This document shows positions 27,364 to 36,267 of a stretch of 36,267 nucleotides of DNA, piece after piece (positions within the stretch are counted from its first letter, which is position 1; each line of letters begins with the position of its first letter). The notes beneath the pieces are model-generated. The model worked only from the letters and a program-made list of their open reading frames with translations, ran no database searches and had not been told where the DNA came from. The DNA lies in the NCBI GenBank assembly GCA_002256025.1, contig NKIB01009642.1, forward strand, positions 62,001-98,267, written 5' to 3'. The translations under genes and the position numbers were made by a program. The DNA comes from Asterionella formosa. Lineage: Eukaryota.

Positions 27364-29679
27364 CTAGTCTGACTTCTTGCCCATTTCGCCTTTTGCTGCT
27401 TTACTTTTTCCTCCTTCGGCGACCATGCTACCTTCATCGCTGTTTACACCAGGTGGGCACTTCTTGCAGAGCCCAAAGGATTCACCTTTCTTTAGCTTTG
27501 CTTTCTCAAATAAATCTTCCGTATTTTCTTTTAGTGCCATTACACCATTGGTAATGCTCTCATTTGTCTTTGTCAGTTTGGTTTCTAAAATTTCTGCTTC
27601 TGCTCCAAATTTTCCTTTTGCCGTCGTGGTAGCTGCTTTGGGCATGTTATCCTCCAAAACTTCATCCACAGTATTGAACGGCTCTCCACCACCTCCAATT
27701 TGCTCCTTGACATCATTCAACAACGTCTCATCAACCCGAAGTTTACCCCTAGCATCATGGTGCAACACGTTGGCAAAGGTGTATCCAATGATCAGGTCAT
27801 CATAGTTGTACACCTTTTGGTTGTACACTGTCAATCCAGAAACGTTTGACTTTCCAGTAAAGCAAACTACAATTTCATGGAAATTAACGTGCTGTCGTAG
27901 CTTTTGATGTGAGTTGAGTGATTCGGGCCAAAATCCATTGTTGGCAGCGACCAAACTCCTTGCTTCCAATGTCAGAAGGGGAGAGTTGCCGTTAAGTGTG
28001 TGTCGAATGATCCAATGTCGTTTGAAAAAAGGATGAGATGGTGTCTCGAGTTCAAGGGTACAAAATACGCGTCGTGGGACCAGCTTGGACCCCTCATCAA
28101 TCACCGCCCGCTGCTCCCTACTGGTCTGGAGTATCAATGCGTCACGGGTCATGAGTTCGACATCGGCAAACATATGTCGGTCGACGTCGGGGTCACACAA
28201 TGAACCTTGGCTGCTCATCCGATGTCTTGACGTTGACCGCCCAATCAAGGTTTGGTTGGAAGTGACAAGAGGAAATACATTATCGTTCAGAGTGTGACAA
28301 GCTGGATTGACCATGTTCTTCGAGATTGGATTAATGATGTTTGCACTGATTGGTCGAAGTAAGTATTCATTCACTGGATTGAGGAAGTATGCATTGGCAA
28401 TTTCTCCTAGTTTTTTCTTACTTTTGGAATGGCGAGAAGTGTCAACCAGTTGAATATAGTCACATGCATTTTCTGCCTTGATACTGGCTACACAATGAAC
28501 TACAGAATGAACAATTTCTCCCCCGGGGACGTTGTGTTTGCCATTGATCATCCGAAATTCCAAAACGGGACACGGGATCTCCTTGTCTGAACATGTTACT
28601 TCGGAAGTTCCCGGATTCGCTTCTGGCTGTACACCACTTCCATATCTCACCAAGATGGCATAGCTAAACATCAAATCTGCCGTTCTTTGAAACCGTGACA
28701 CTTTACCGAAGACAATTGCTGCAGCTGTAGCGGCATACAAAATTCCGGTGAATGCCTCTAATGCCGCCAAAATATTAATTGCATAACAGCCTCCTCTAGT
28801 TGGTACTGCGACATTTGGATACACCAACCCATATCCGACAGTACTAAATGTTGTCCAACTCAATTGAAACAAATCCAAGAACGATTCTGTACCTTGATAC
28901 TCGAATTTCTGGCCCTGTACTAAGATGCAATTGGGTTGAAAATGAGCAGCAAGAGTAAAGAGACCTGCAAAGAATGTTGTGATGATCCAAAAGGAAATCA
29001 TGAGTTGAAAAACAAGAGCCGCAAAAGTCGTCCGAAACGACCAGTTTAGATATCTCGTCATTCCAGGGAACCATGTGCTTTTTGAATTATCATAATCCGG
29101 ATTGATCGTCCATCGGTGGAGGCAGCTTCGATCTTCGGCCTTCATAGTGCATAACGATAAAGCATACACACTTATGGTGTCAGCAACGCACATATACAAG
29201 ATATGATCCATCAAATCAAATGTCACAACAATACACACCCTTTGAGTCTTCAATCGATATTGTTTAATGGATCCGCCCTCCAAATCATTGCCTTCTTCTG
29301 CGTTTTCTGAGGAATCCAGGGTTGCTGTGGGTCGACTCATTCCTGTCGCCCAACTCAAGATACTATTTCGTACTCTCCTCCAACGATCCATGGGGCGTTC
29401 CTTCGGATCAACCGCTTCGGCGGTACATGTCTTGGATTCGAGCGACCCCGTTTCAATATCAACCAAGGATGATTTTCGCACCAAAAAGTGTTGCTTGGCA
29501 TCACCGAAGATAGATGCGAATTTACCAGCGAACCGGCGCCGCAAGAAATTGGGACAAGGACTTCTCTGTGCGGCCCTTAGCGAGGAGTAGGCTTCGTCGT
29601 TGTTTTCACTTCGAAACGATGTTACCTCGTGTTCGGGGATGTCTTGCAGCAATCGTTTCGAGGGAGCAACCGAAGGCAT
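27364..29679 (-). CDS. Inward-rectifier-type (Kir) potassium channel; probable start 29679, probable 99-nt intron 29238-29140
   Basis: TM1 (TTFAALVFQLMISFWIITTFFAGLFTLAA), extracellular Cys (PNCI), pore helix and filter FQLSWTTFSTVGYG, second Cys plus TM2 (GCYAINILAALEAFTGILYAATAAAIVFGKV), and Kir cytoplasmic motifs PVLEFRMIN and HWIIRHTLNGNSPL. The upstream in-frame ATG at 29796 adds a GTAC-rich, promoter-like stretch. Confidence 0.9.
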   Translation of the reverse strand: MPSVAPSKRLLQDIPEHEVTSFRSENNDEAYSSLRAAQRSPCPNFLRRRFAGKFASIFGDAKQHFLVRKSSLVDIETGSLESKTCTAEAVDPKERPMDRWRRVRNSILSWATGMSRPTATLDSSENAEEGNDLEGGSIKQYRLKTQRVCIVVTFDLMDHILYMCVADTISVYALSLCTMKAEDRSCLHRWTINPDYDNSKSTWFPGMTRYLNWSFRTTFAALVFQLMISFWIITTFFAGLFTLAAHFQPNCILVQGQKFEYQGTESFLDLFQLSWTTFSTVGYGLVYPNVAVPTRGGCYAINILAALEAFTGILYAATAAAIVFGKVSRFQRTADLMFSYAILVRYGSGVQPEANPGTSEVTCSDKEIPCPVLEFRMINGKHNVPGGEIVHSVVHCVASIKAENACDYIQLVDTSRHSKSKKKLGEIANAYFLNPVNEYLLRPISANIINPISKNMVNPACHTLNDNVFPLVTSNQTLIGRSTSRHRMSSQGSLCDPDVDRHMFADVELMTRDALILQTSREQRAVIDEGSKLVPRRVFCTLELETPSHPFFKRHWIIRHTLNGNSPLLTLEARSLVAANNGFWPESLNSHQKLRQHVNFHEIVVCFTGKSNVSGLTVYNQKVYNYDDLIIGYTFANVLHHDARGKLRVDETLLNDVKEQIGGGGEPFNTVDEVLEDNMPKAATTTAKGKFGAEAEILETKLTKTNESITNGVMALKENTEDLFEKAKLKKGESFGLCKKCPPGVNSDEGSMVAEGGKSKAAKGEMGKKSD

Positions 29680-30049
29680 GTTGACAAAAGTGCGGGATTG
29701 TATTGCTCCGTCGACAGTCCGGCACCGTAGTCTGTACTGGTACCTGTTACAGTACTGGTAGTATTTCAAATCAGAGGCGACTTTCCGAGGAAACATTCAT
29801 AAATGAATAAATACCGGTACATATGCAAACCGAAATATATTACATACCGGTGTGGTAACCGGTACTTCCGTCGTAAACTCATGACGACAATCCCGTCAAA
29901 GCATTCCCACCGAGTACGACCGGCCTGCAATCCTGTATGTACTTGCATGGCTGATGTTTGCATGATCTACGACCATATACAGCTAGCTGTGGGCGCGCTC
30001 TGATATTTAAAAAATATTATATCATCTGTCTATTACAACACAAATTATT

Positions 30050-30297
30050 TTGGCACCAGGAACTTTTTCAGACATGACTAATAGTGGACACCATGAATGT
30101 ATCCTACATGGTGCCAATGGGGAATCCAAGTACAAGGAGAGAAAGTATGGAGAAGCCATGACACACTTGCAAACAGCATATACCACAGCCAAGGAACAAG
30201 GATGCGAATCTATTGGGGGCTGTCAGACACAATTATGAATTATGCAATCCAAGTGATGCAGCAAGATACTTACAGGAGGCAATTGTTGACAATGTAG
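30050..30297 (+). pseudogene. Possible decayed TPR-like gene fragment
   Basis: LHGANGESKYKERKYGEAMTHLQTAYTTAKE resembles one TPR unit (G..Y.....Y.EA...L..A). It is short, frameshifted and CpG-poor. Confidence 0.3.
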
Positions 30298-30444
30298 CAA
30301 TTTTAAAGCTAACAAACTAATTTATAGAATAATAAAATGCACTCAGTTTCTTCATTTCGATTTATTGTCAGCAACCAGTACAGACATTGCACATGAATTG
30401 ATAGTGTGACCACTCAGATTGTATTACAGGTAGATTGTGAGCAA

Positions 30445-30698
30445 GATGACATGATCACAACATAAATGGAAGCAGACAATTGATGAACATCTAATATAAC
30501 TTTAAAATGATTGATGTGTATATGTATATGCATACCAATACCTATTTTGAGAGAGCAAGCCATTTTTGGCATGATGAGCAAGCAAGTCTTGAAATATTAT
30601 GGGAAAGTATATGTAGTCATTCATGCCTAGACATTCACTTATATAATACACTGTTATTTGTAACAAAAAAATTGTGTTTGTGTTTGTGTTGACCAAAT
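30445..30698 (-). repeat. Inverted copy of the 14570-14822 repeat
   Basis: The reverse complement aligns with 14570-14822 up to and including the TTGTGAT.ATGTCATC start context. Confidence 0.85.
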
Positions 30699-30819
30699 AT
30701 GGTAACTCCAGTTTGCACATCCTACTTTTGCTTTGGGCTACCCCTCTATTGCCCCAGTTGCTGTGGTAGTTATTTTCTTTTGTCAGCAATTTGCCTCGTT
30801 TTGACGTTTCTGTGTCTAG

Positions 30820-30934
30820 ACAAAATAATTATTTGTCTCTAACAAGTCATGATGCTGTCGATTCAACAAAGAGAGTTGATGTCATTCTCTATTTACCGTA
30901 CTGGTAGTCTTTTTGAGCGCCTGTCCTGCGTCAC
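30820..30934 (+). repeat. Dispersed ~105-bp repeat, copy 2
   Basis: Matches 8253-8356, with a small CCGTACTGGTA insertion. Confidence 0.8.
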
Positions 30935-31266
30935 CGTAACTTGCTGGTAGCACGGGTTGCGAACATGAATATCTTGAGAACCAACCAAAAGTTGCTTGAT
31001 ACCCTTATCTGGTGTGGAGCTGCGTTTTTGATAGCTGTTGGGAGAAAATACTAAGAAATGGTATGCATGTGGAGGTGATCGCGGAGGAGTGTTTGTAATC
31101 AATCTAAATACCTGTATATATGTAATTTGTACTCGGCTACCAGTAGTCGATCAGTTACCAGATACAGTGGTACAGGCTGCAGTGTTTGATGATCGGCTGA
31201 TTGGCTTTCCAGCTCAACAAAAGGCCATACCGGTATTGTGATTTTCTGCATTGCTCCTCATCCACT

Positions 31267-32257
31267 ATGGTAGTCTTTGTATGCGATGGATGCAGCGAAA
31301 CGCTCAAGAAGAACAAAGTTGATCAACATGCCGATCGATGTCGAAAATGTGCTTCTGTTAGCTGCGTAGACTGCTCCGTTTCGTTTTTTGGAGGTACGTG
31401 TGCTGTGTTGATTTGATCGGCTTCCACGTTTTATTTTATTTGTTGTCCGGATGATTACATCAACCAGAAGCTCGACGGATTTATTCCGTGGGAGAATTCA
31501 AATGTTTTAATTAAACTATGAAGGATGAAGAGGCTGAGATATGTCTGGTCGGAAGTGTTTTAATATCTCTCACTTTTCTTTGTGTTCAACAGATGATTAT
31601 CGAGCCCATGTATCATGTGTTTCAGAAGCGGAGCGATATGAAAAGACAGTGTACAAGGGTAACAAGAAAAATGCAAAGAAGAACCCACAAGAAGCATGGA
31701 AGGATTTGATCACGGAGGCATCGGACTCTGCTCCCCCAGCGCTACAGGCGTACATGCAACGCCTCGCCGAGCTCGACAACGTACCACGAAAAGAAAAACC
31801 ATTTAGAAACTGGGCAGCAAATTCATTGAACCTCAGAGGGCAACAGACGACGACAGTGGAAAGTCTCTGGAAATTTTTGTCTGAACTCCGAGCGAAGGAT
31901 CAAGCTAGCAGAAATATGGCAGACAACGACGAAAAGCGGGGCGATGTGGGAAGTCTCGTGGTGAACCAAATTGATGACGTTTCGAAAACGGAAAGGGAAA
32001 AAATTGAAACAATATCCGCATTGGGCGTATGTGATAGTACGGATCTATCTTCGAAATCCATTCGCAAGACACTGAGAAAAGTGCTGAAAAAAGCTCCAAA
32101 TCGCTCGATGAAGATCAAAGCGCTTCGAACTGCTATAGAAGATCAACTTGGTATTGAAAAAACCATGCGAAAGAAGCTTAAGGCCCTGTTGTCTCAAGAA
32201 ATCCAAGTAGACACTGAGAAAATCGTTGTTGATGGAAAAGTTGTAACTCTAAAATGA
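31267..32257 (+). CDS. LYAR: LYAR-type C2HC zinc-finger nucleolar protein; exons 31267-31393 and 31593-32257, 263 aa
   Basis: MVVFVCDGCSETLKKNKVDQHADRC...VSCVDCSVSFFG|DDYRAHVSCVSEAERYEK, then NVPRKEKPFRNW and a C-terminal KVLKKAPNRSMKIKALR segment. A 199-nt GTACGT..CAACAG intron restores the frame. Confidence 0.93.
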
Positions 32258-32306
32258 AAAGTTGGTTTTGTTGAGCACTGTACATAATGCCAAAAACCAC
32301 ATCAGC

Positions 32307-32978
32307 TTATTCAATGTCGCTATCTGACGAACCATATCCACCTAAGAGTGACAAACCAGAAGGAGCTTGTTCACTCCCTCCAACAGTATTTATTATGTCC
32401 GTGCCTTTTGATTTGATTTCATCCTCAGGACTAGGTGCCTCACTTCCAGATGCTTTGTTAGGTGATATTTGTTTCCCAGCAGAAGCCTCAAATTGTTCTT
32501 CATGTTGACGCCTTCGCTTGTGTTTTATTATGACATTTGGAAGGAGAGGCGCGACCGCCTGTCGCTTTGGTGCTACTGACGAATGATGTTTCTTCTCTTC
32601 CGATTCATCTTCGTCCTCAACAATAAGTTGCGACTGAGATCGATCAGCTTTCGCTGCCCTAAACAAGGCCAGCTCATCCTCCATATCCTTTCTGATAGAT
32701 TGCTGCTGTTCATCCTTCTGCCTCTGAATCGCTTCCAAATGTGCACAGTCCTCGTCGTCGAGGGTCATTGTTCCTCTCATAATGTTGCGCTGGAATTCTT
32801 CACGCTCCTCCTCTTCCTTGTTTTTGTTCGCCTGAAGCTGCTGAAAGAGCGGTTGCTGTCCCCCTGCTTGTCGCGAACGAACATCTTGGACTTCCTTGGA
32901 ATCAACCGCCGTTTCTTCATTGTGAGACACACCATCTGTCGACGATAGGACTGCGGATGACACAAAAGCTAAAGACAT
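32307..32978 (-). CDS. PSME3IP1: FAM192A/NIP30/Fyv6 N-terminal domain protein (PSME3-interacting protein homologue), 223 aa
   Basis: MSLAFVSS...PLFQQLQANKNKEEEEREE...RGTMTLDDEDCAHLEAI...EDELALFR, ending in GLSLLGGYGSSDSDIE, matches the family pattern. Confidence 0.85.
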   Translation of the reverse strand: MSLAFVSSAVLSSTDGVSHNEETAVDSKEVQDVRSRQAGGQQPLFQQLQANKNKEEEEREEFQRNIMRGTMTLDDEDCAHLEAIQRQKDEQQQSIRKDMEDELALFRAAKADRSQSQLIVEDEDESEEKKHHSSVAPKRQAVAPLLPNVIIKHKRRRQHEEQFEASAGKQISPNKASGSEAPSPEDEIKSKGTDIINTVGGSEQAPSGLSLLGGYGSSDSDIE

Positions 32979-33475
32979 TATGCTACGATGGAGCCGCAAG
33001 AATAGCACAGACAGGCAAGTGAATTACGCCTAGTACCTTCATACCTGTACATATCAATTTATCTGGTTAACTTCCTCAAGGCTGATAAAAATACAATTTT
33101 TCTGGTAAAGCAATTTTCTGATAAAACATGTTATGACGTAAGACGTTTATCAGATTTGTCTGTTGGTCCGTTCCGGTGGTATGTACCAGGTACACATTTC
33201 CTTTCCAGTCAGTGTACCAGGTACCTACCGGTATGGGTGATGATGGTATCTGGGTGTACCTTGGCGTGCCCGTTTATGAATGCTCAAGTTACTTAGGCAA
33301 TAAGAGGTGACAGGGATAAGGATATGACACGAATCAGTTACCAAATAAATCGAACTGCATTGACCCACTGTTTTATCCCATTCGTTTGATTAATTTGACT
33401 AACACTTAGCTCACCTCTCTCTGAAATTGATGGCATAAGGCGTCGGTACATTGGCATCCTTGTTTTCCTAGTTAA

Positions 33476-34393
33476 GGTTACTGCATTTGAACCCCTAGCT
33501 CGAGGTAGGGTTTTAAAAAAATTCAGTCAGACTAATCAAACACAATTTTTCACGTATAAAATAGATATGTATAATGCTCAACGGAGCTTTCACCAATACA
33601 CACCCTTTCCGTATGCTTACATACAGTCTTCGGACAAAGTAGGGGTGTAGGTCCACTCTATAAATTGTCAGTATATAGGATCTGGTCAGAAACTGCAGAA
33701 ACGAACTTCGGTTTTTTAACTATGCTAAAAAGACTCGAAAATTCGGGGGGAATCTGTTTATTTGGCATAGTAAAAAAACCGAAGTTCCTTTCTGCAGTTT
33801 CTTGCCAGAAGTTATATACTGATGCTATTTTAAAGTTACCCATGTATCTAAATCGCCGTCAGACCCAGCCAACGTTTAGCTATTGTCGTCCAAAACCTCG
33901 ACAAAATCGGCCTTTTCTACAAACGCCAAAATATCGGAATCAGATTTAATGATAGTCGTGTGCCGGAATTTTTAGTCCTAAAATATCCTGTCCAAAAAAT
34001 TCCATTGTAAGTGGCCGCTTCCACATATATAATACGATTGGTGAACGTGAATTACATTCCTCTGTTTGATTGGCCTGGTTTGCGAGGTCTTGCAAACCCA
34101 CACCGGCCACATTGTATAAACATAAAATCGTTAATTGGAGTATAGAGTGTCCATGCATACATGTTGATCGTATTTTTAGCGTATATATACATCCAGTGAC
34201 TAAGAGTGTTTATATATATATTTAGCGATTTCGACAAGGAATCTATGTATGTATTCGCAAATATCCACTGATTTAAATATTTCAAAAGGAATCACGTCAT
34301 TCAAAAATAGCTAATTAAATTCTTAATTCCAGGGAATTTCGGCAACCCTAAGCAACATTTTAATTTTTGCCTAGGGTTTCAAATGCAGCAACC
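33476..34393 (-). mobile_element. Non-autonomous Kolobok-like element, subfamily B, copy 2 (918 bp)
   Basis: 23-bp TIR GGTTACTGCATTTGAACCCCTAG / CTAGGGTTTCAAATGCAGCAACC (2 mismatches), with perfect TTAA on both sides (33472-33475, 34394-34397). Collinear with 5085-6041. Confidence 0.93.
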
Positions 34394-34755
34394 TTAAATT
34401 GAACATCTGATTCAGAAGATATTTTATATATATCTAGACGTAAAATTCAGTCTCATTGGGTCAAAGCAGTATATGAAATACTGCTTTACTTTAATATATC
34501 TATGTACATTACCCAATCTGTTCAATTCTCGACTCGGTGGTCATCATTTGGTGTTGTGGCTGAACATTGTCGCACACAGCCGCCATTATGATAGTATGGT
34601 GCTGCTTTGATGCACACACCATAATAATTTTAATGCATATTATCTTATGTGTATAAAAGTAGTGCCCTGCAGGCGTATTTTCGGTTACCTTGTCAGTGAC
34701 AACGGAAATGATACCCTCGTGAAAACGCCAGTATCACTGATACCTTTTTTGGAGG

Positions 34756-34857
34756 GGGCAAAAAACGGTATCAAGTTTGTATCAATGATACAAAATTGAT
34801 ACCATCAAGTTATCATTGCTGACACTGTGTTTTGATACCAACCGTCACTTTTTGCCC
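34756..34857. repeat. Small palindromic element rich in GATAC/GTATC motifs
   Basis: Bounded by GGGCAAAAA...TTTTTGCCC. Internal palindrome GGTATCAAGTTTGTATCA-A-TGATACAAAATTGATACC at 34767-34803 (18-bp arms, 1 mismatch). Confidence 0.65.
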
Positions 34858-35272
34858 ACAACCCGCCCGGAAATGATTGGTCGTTCTTATAATTACGACT
34901 TTGCTAACTTCTCCCAATTGGATATCATCTGGCAACCTATTTGGAGACTTGTTCCTGTGAAATCATTGAAGCACAATGAAATTACACAACTCCATGTGGC
35001 ATCATTGATAGAAACAGGTTGGTGGAGTAAAGCAGCCAATCCTTGGTTGCAACATAGGATCAATCATAATCTCTCTTTCTAGCCGAGCAGGATCTACACT
35101 GCTCCAGTTATGCATGGGAGAACGAATTAGTGCAGATTACTTCCCCTGGCCTTACACGTTTTTCAATTGAGACTTTCAAGCCAAGGAAACGTGAAGCACT
35201 TTCCGTCATGTGGTTGCCTCACTTATTAAAAGTATTATACCGTTAAGACTTGACCATGGTTCATGCTTTCTC

Positions 35273-35365
35273 TTTATCCAACGATTTCGCCAACTAACAA
35301 CATCTGCATGGTGTTTGGTTTATCCAACGATTTCGCCAACTAACAACATCTGCATGGTGTTTGGT
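35273..35365. repeat. Perfect tandem duplication, period 46 bp
   Basis: TTTATCCAACGATTTCGCCAACTAACAACATCTGCATGGTGTTTGG occurs twice in tandem. Confidence 0.92.
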
Positions 35366-35866
35366 AGAAGCCATACTGATGTTACATCCTTTAAAAAAGC
35401 AGGGTCATGGACGTCTAATGGAAGTGTTTCCAGAGAGGCAGGAGGCAAAAATGTACCGCTTTCGCTCTTTATCTGTTGTAGAAGCATGAGATCCACATAA
35501 ATTACTGATTTTCTTCATCAGTGTTCGCTGTGACTCTTTGATGATCCTTTGCTTTCTGGAGACAGAGGAGGGATGCTGCTCCATGTTCTTGTAACCAACA
35601 TGCATGGAAAGAAGAGTTGCTAATTGTTGGAAGTAGCCGACGTTGACGACTGATCACTGATGGTGAATTATGGAGATGGTAGAAATCATTTTATATTCTA
35701 TCTTATAGTATCACAATCAACAAACACACTAAACAAGCACAACAAGCGGTCCATTAGTGGTTCGAACGAGCGAATGATGATACGGTACCAATTTTTCCAA
35801 CGAAAGAACTTGTCTCTCTATTGATGAGGATGACACGGACACGGACACGGACACCGACTTTTTCAG

Positions 35867-36146
35867 GAGCAAACAACAATGAAGAGACCCACTTGTCGCT
35901 CTATTGATGGTAAAAAAGATGCGGACAAGTTCAACAGTGAATACAAAGAACAACATACCATTGAAAACAAGTCGACAGTGTGTGCACGCACACGCCAAGC
36001 AAGTTTGAGGCAACGGACAATTCCAACAAGCAAATGACGATACAGATATCAAATTCTTCCTACGAGCAAACAACAATGAAAAGAGCCACTTGCTTTCGCT
36101 CTCTTGATGGTATCAAAGATGCGGACAAGTTCAATAGTTAATTCAA
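35867..36146. repeat. Diverged ~80-bp direct repeat, spacing ~197 bp, preceded by a (GACACG)n microsatellite
   Basis: GAGCAAACAACAATGAA.AGA.CCACTTG...TCGCTCT.TTGATGGTA..AAAGATGCGGACAAGTTCAA.AGT.AAT.CAA at 35867 and 36064. Confidence 0.8.
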
Positions 36147-36267
36147 GTACAGTATGCCAAATGCAGAAACGAGCGAGCGATATGAAAATGAAATGCGTTC
36201 TAATCAGAATCATTCTATAACTATAGCTATGTGGACAGTAGTCTGTTACGCACATTTTCGTATCTCC

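Noticed and set aside
33658..34285. ORFs inside the subfamily B elements as intact genes
   Set aside because: Reading frames are not preserved between the two copies except for the short remnant motifs noted. The self-similar peptides arise from the DNA hairpin.
34900..35650. Degenerate minus-strand coding relic
   Set aside because: Fragmented by stops and a 46-bp duplication, with no family recognisable.

Overview
Eukaryotic, intron-containing DNA, most likely from a diatom or related stramenopile (inferred from gene content, not from a search). Six host genes are supported: a partial secreted-type ORF running off the left edge; a 3-exon protein with two HA (helicase-associated) domains and a 27-nt micro-exon; an apparently intronless 2787-aa SZT2 (KICSTOR scaffold) homologue; an inward-rectifier K+ channel; a 2-exon LYAR homologue; and a FAM192A/PSME3IP1 homologue. 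There is also an intact 422-aa orphan ORF. Between the genes lie CpG-depleted transposon remains. The main accessory feature is a Kolobok-type DNA transposon family with GG...CC termini and TTAA-like target sites. It includes a decayed two-gene element (1199-5080: KolX/P2X7-ballast-like ORF plus DDE transposase), two non-autonomous relatives stacked directly against it (5085-6041, 6061-6325), a solo 3' end (8365-8645) and a second copy of the non-autonomous family (33476-34393). The two subfamilies have different TIRs but share a long subterminal hairpin with compensatory changes and a cryptic conserved peptide-like segment. A decayed DUF6818 ORF and several other dispersed or tandem repeats are also present. 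All family assignments come from motif recognition by eye and need HMM/BLAST confirmation.
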